From assembly GCA_964422605.1 (NCBI GenBank), contig CAYRBK010000001.1:100025-153807 (forward strand): a stretch of DNA of 53,783 nt, given 5' to 3'. Positions 51,478 to 53,783 of this stretch are shown piece after piece. The stretch comes from an uncultured Candidatus Bathyarchaeia archaeon. Its GTDB lineage: Archaea; Thermoproteota; Bathyarchaeia; Bathyarchaeales; DTEX01. A model generated the notes under the pieces. The model ran no database searches and was not told the origin of the DNA. It was given only the letters and a program-made list of their open reading frames with translations. A program made the position numbers and the translations under genes. Position 1 is the first letter of the stretch. The number at the start of each line of letters is the position of its first letter.

Positions 51478-53721
51478 TTGGACTTGCTCTCCGAAGAGTT
51501 AAAGATACCTGACCAGGCTAAACGAATTCTGGTGGACTCAGGCATTAAGGAGCTCTTCCCACCACAGGAGGAAGCTGTCAGAGCCGGCGCGCTCGAGGGT
51601 AAGAACCTCCTCTTAGCCAGTCCTACGGCTTCCGGGAAGACTCTTGTTGCCGAGTTGTGCGCCTTCAAACACGTCTTGGAGATGGATGGAAAAGTCCTCT
51701 ACCTGTGCCCGCTTAGAGCCTTAGCCAACGAGAAGTATGATGAGTTCAAGAAATACACTGCCCTGAAAAAGCCCGATGGAAGGCGTGTGAGAGTAGGCAT
51801 AAGCACTGGCGATTTTGACAGCAGCGACCCTTGGCTGGCAAGGTTTGACGTGATCGTAGCCACCAACGAGAAGTGTGATTCGTTGCTGAGACATAGAGCG
51901 CCCTGGATGGATGACCTTTCTCTTGTTGTTGCTGACGAGGTCCATCTTCTCAACGACGGAGAAAGGGGGCCGACCTTGGAAGTTGTTCTCGCACGCCTCT
52001 TGCAGGTGAACCCGGACATTCAGCTGTTAGCGTTGAGCGCAACTGTCCAAAACTCTGACGAGATAGCGGAATGGCTTAAGGCTATTCCAGTCACGACAAA
52101 ATGGAGACCAGTCACTCTGAGGGAAGGGGTTCTTCTGGACAGAGAGATCCAGTTCAAGGACGGCGGCTCAACCAAGATCGAGAAGGAGGGCAGCAACTCA
52201 TCGATGAACCTCGCGTTGCACAGCATTGAACAAGGCGGCCAAGCGCTTATCTTCGCATCGACTAGGAGAAATGCGGTCGGCTTGGCGAGAAAGATAGCTC
52301 CAAAGGTGAATAGTCTCCTTTCGAAGCCCATGCAACGTTCCTTGAGCCGGATCGCAGACTCCATCGCTGGCTCCGGGGAGCGAACCAGAGTAAGTGCACT
52401 CCTCGCCGACCTCGTAAAGCAAGGAGTTGCCTTCCATCATGCTGGCCTAGGCTCGGTTCACAGAAGGGTGATTGAAGACTCCTTCCGCGAGGGAAAGATC
52501 AAAGTTGTGACTGCAACGCCGACCCTTGCTTTTGGCGTTAACCTCCCAGCTAGGATGGTGATCATAAGCGACTATAGGCGTTATGAACCGGGATATGGCT
52601 ATTACCCGATAACGGTGCTTGAGTATAAGCAGATGGTTGGACGAGCTGGGAGGCCGAAATATGACAAGATAGGCGAATCCGTCCTCATTGCGAAGACAGA
52701 TGAGGAACGCGACTTTCTCTTCACCAGCTACGTGCTGGCTAAGCCTGAGAGGATATGGTCGAAACTGGGCGTGGAAAAGATTCTGAGGTCACATGTCTTG
52801 GCAACGATAGCCTCGGAGTTTGCCCGTTCAGAGCAAGGCGTTTACGATTTTTTTGGCAGAACCCTTTATGCCTTCCAGTATGACTTGCGGGCAATCAGGG
52901 GAGTCATCTCCAAGATTTTGAAGTTCCTTTACGAGGAGAAGATGGTCGAGATCAGCGGACCCGACCTCAATGCAACCAGATTTGGAAAAAGGGTTTCGCA
53001 GCTTTACATTGATCCCATGTCGGCAATAATGATTCGGGACGGACTCCAAAACCGTGCGACAAAGTTGAGCGACATTAGCTTCCTCCACATGGTTGCCCAC
53101 ACGCCCGACATGTTTCCAAAGTTTAGGTGTTCAAGCCGAGAGATCGAGAGAGTCGCCCTGTTTGCCGAAGAACATGGTGACGAGTTCCTCTTCGAGAAGC
53201 CGAACGAGTGGGCTGATCAGATCGCCTACGAAGAGTTTCTCGGTGAAGTCAAGACAGCCTTGGTTCTCAAGTCTTGGGTTGAAGAGACCTCTGAAGACGA
53301 GATGATTGAAAGGTTCGGAGTTGAGCCTGGAGACCTCTACCGCACGATCTCAACAGCCGACTGGCTTCTCTACGCTTCAGCTGAGTTGGCGAGGCTATTG
53401 GGATACAAGGACGTTCTTCCAAAGATTGCTGAAATCAGAGAAAGAGTGACGAAGGGCGTCAAGATGGAGCTGCTGCCGCTTACGAGGCTTGAGGGCATCG
53501 GCAGAATAAGAGCCCGCATACTGCATAATGCCGGCTACAGGACTATTGAGGATCTCCAGAGAGCCCAACTCAGCCATCTCGTCAACCTCCCAACGATAGG
53601 GCCAGCCGTAGCGAAAAGGATCAAGGAACAGATAGGCGGCTACGTCAAACGTAGGGAGTGGAAGAAGGTGTCGGAAGAAGAGGGACCTGCGCAACGGGCC
53701 CTAACAGAATATTACGACTAG
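51478..53721 (+). CDS. hel308: Hel308/Hjm Ski2-like DNA helicase
   Basis: Motif I is ASPTASGKT, II is DEVH, III is SAT and VI is QMVGRAGR, followed by a winged-helix/ratchet region and a C-terminal HhH (RLEGIGRIRARIL). The start is TTG 51478 or 51484, 14 nt after the mcm stop. Confidence 0.88.
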   Translation: MDLLSEELKIPDQAKRILVDSGIKELFPPQEEAVRAGALEGKNLLLASPTASGKTLVAELCAFKHVLEMDGKVLYLCPLRALANEKYDEFKKYTALKKPDGRRVRVGISTGDFDSSDPWLARFDVIVATNEKCDSLLRHRAPWMDDLSLVVADEVHLLNDGERGPTLEVVLARLLQVNPDIQLLALSATVQNSDEIAEWLKAIPVTTKWRPVTLREGVLLDREIQFKDGGSTKIEKEGSNSSMNLALHSIEQGGQALIFASTRRNAVGLARKIAPKVNSLLSKPMQRSLSRIADSIAGSGERTRVSALLADLVKQGVAFHHAGLGSVHRRVIEDSFREGKIKVVTATPTLAFGVNLPARMVIISDYRRYEPGYGYYPITVLEYKQMVGRAGRPKYDKIGESVLIAKTDEERDFLFTSYVLAKPERIWSKLGVEKILRSHVLATIASEFARSEQGVYDFFGRTLYAFQYDLRAIRGVISKILKFLYEEKMVEISGPDLNATRFGKRVSQLYIDPMSAIMIRDGLQNRATKLSDISFLHMVAHTPDMFPKFRCSSREIERVALFAEEHGDEFLFEKPNEWADQIAYEEFLGEVKTALVLKSWVEETSEDEMIERFGVEPGDLYRTISTADWLLYASAELARLLGYKDVLPKIAEIRERVTKGVKMELLPLTRLEGIGRIRARILHNAGYRTIEDLQRAQLSHLVNLPTIGPAVAKRIKEQIGGYVKRREWKKVSEEEGPAQRALTEYYD

Positions 53722-53783
53722 AAGCTCATGGTCCTGGCCTTCCTGGATGAATCTGAGGATACTGAGACATCTGTCCGTTCTGT

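Noticed and set aside
1-53783. Scanned for CRISPR arrays, IS elements, integrases, toxin-antitoxin or other defence cassettes, rRNA genes and tRNA genes.
   Set aside because: I saw no regularly spaced direct repeats, no transposase, integrase or Cas-like ORFs, and no rRNA or tRNA signature sequences. This was a by-eye scan, so short or degenerate elements could have been missed.
53722-53783. Possible 3' end of a convergent minus-strand gene after hel308.
   Set aside because: Only 62 nt are available and several frames are open. No motif can be recognised, so I make no call.

Overview
Densely coding archaeal chromosomal segment of roughly 50% GC, with about 48 protein genes on both strands. 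I recognise no rRNA, tRNA, CRISPR array, transposase or integrase. Gene content from left to right is as follows. (1) The 3' end of a RimL-like GNAT, stalk protein P1, alaS, leuS, a DUF4349 protein, argF and an orphan rps7. (2) A methanofuran/H4MPT C1 module (fwdA-fwdC-mch), with an S-component-like membrane protein and an FrhB-family F420/Fe-S protein next to it. (3) A PPP phosphatase, a DUF401 protein, and a Zn-ribbon protein followed by a core-MetE. (4) A nitrogen island: HMGL-family synthase, two RAM-only Lrp-like proteins, glnA, divergent lrp, and nadE. (5) GDPD, a TIM-barrel protein, and an HTH-CBS regulator divergent from the archaeal-type SAM synthetase. (6) A QueG-like Fe-S protein, a 757-aa SppA fusion protein and an LLM/F420-type oxidoreductase. 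(7) A hydrogenase maturation set: endopeptidase, hypF, hypC, an 853-bp gap, then hypD. (8) A Gfo/Idh/MocA oxidoreductase, an amidohydrolase, NMNAT, proC and an EamA transporter. (9) An 11-kb replisome island: polB, dnaG, Toprim protein, methyltransferase, DUF99, gins23, mcm, hel308. The archaeal MAT, DnaG/GINS/MCM, Fwd/Mch and F420-type proteins, together with the crenarchaeal-style gins23-mcm linkage, suggest an H4MPT-using TACK-type lineage such as Bathyarchaeia; this is inference only. The most notable observations are these. First, a full-length family-B DNA polymerase has intact polymerase motifs but all four exonuclease carboxylates substituted. Second, a 37-aa hyper-acidic, Trp-punctuated micro-ORF sits antisense inside an otherwise unexplained 853-bp gap that splits hypC from hypD. 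Third, fwdC and mch are separated only by an in-frame TAG. Fourth, glnA is co-oriented with two stand-alone RAM-domain proteins and a 2-oxoacid synthase, opposite a divergent lrp. Fifth, three conserved dark genes (Toprim, MTase, DUF99) are embedded in the replisome island next to a 460-bp non-coding region. All protein identifications come from by-eye motif recognition; no searches were run.
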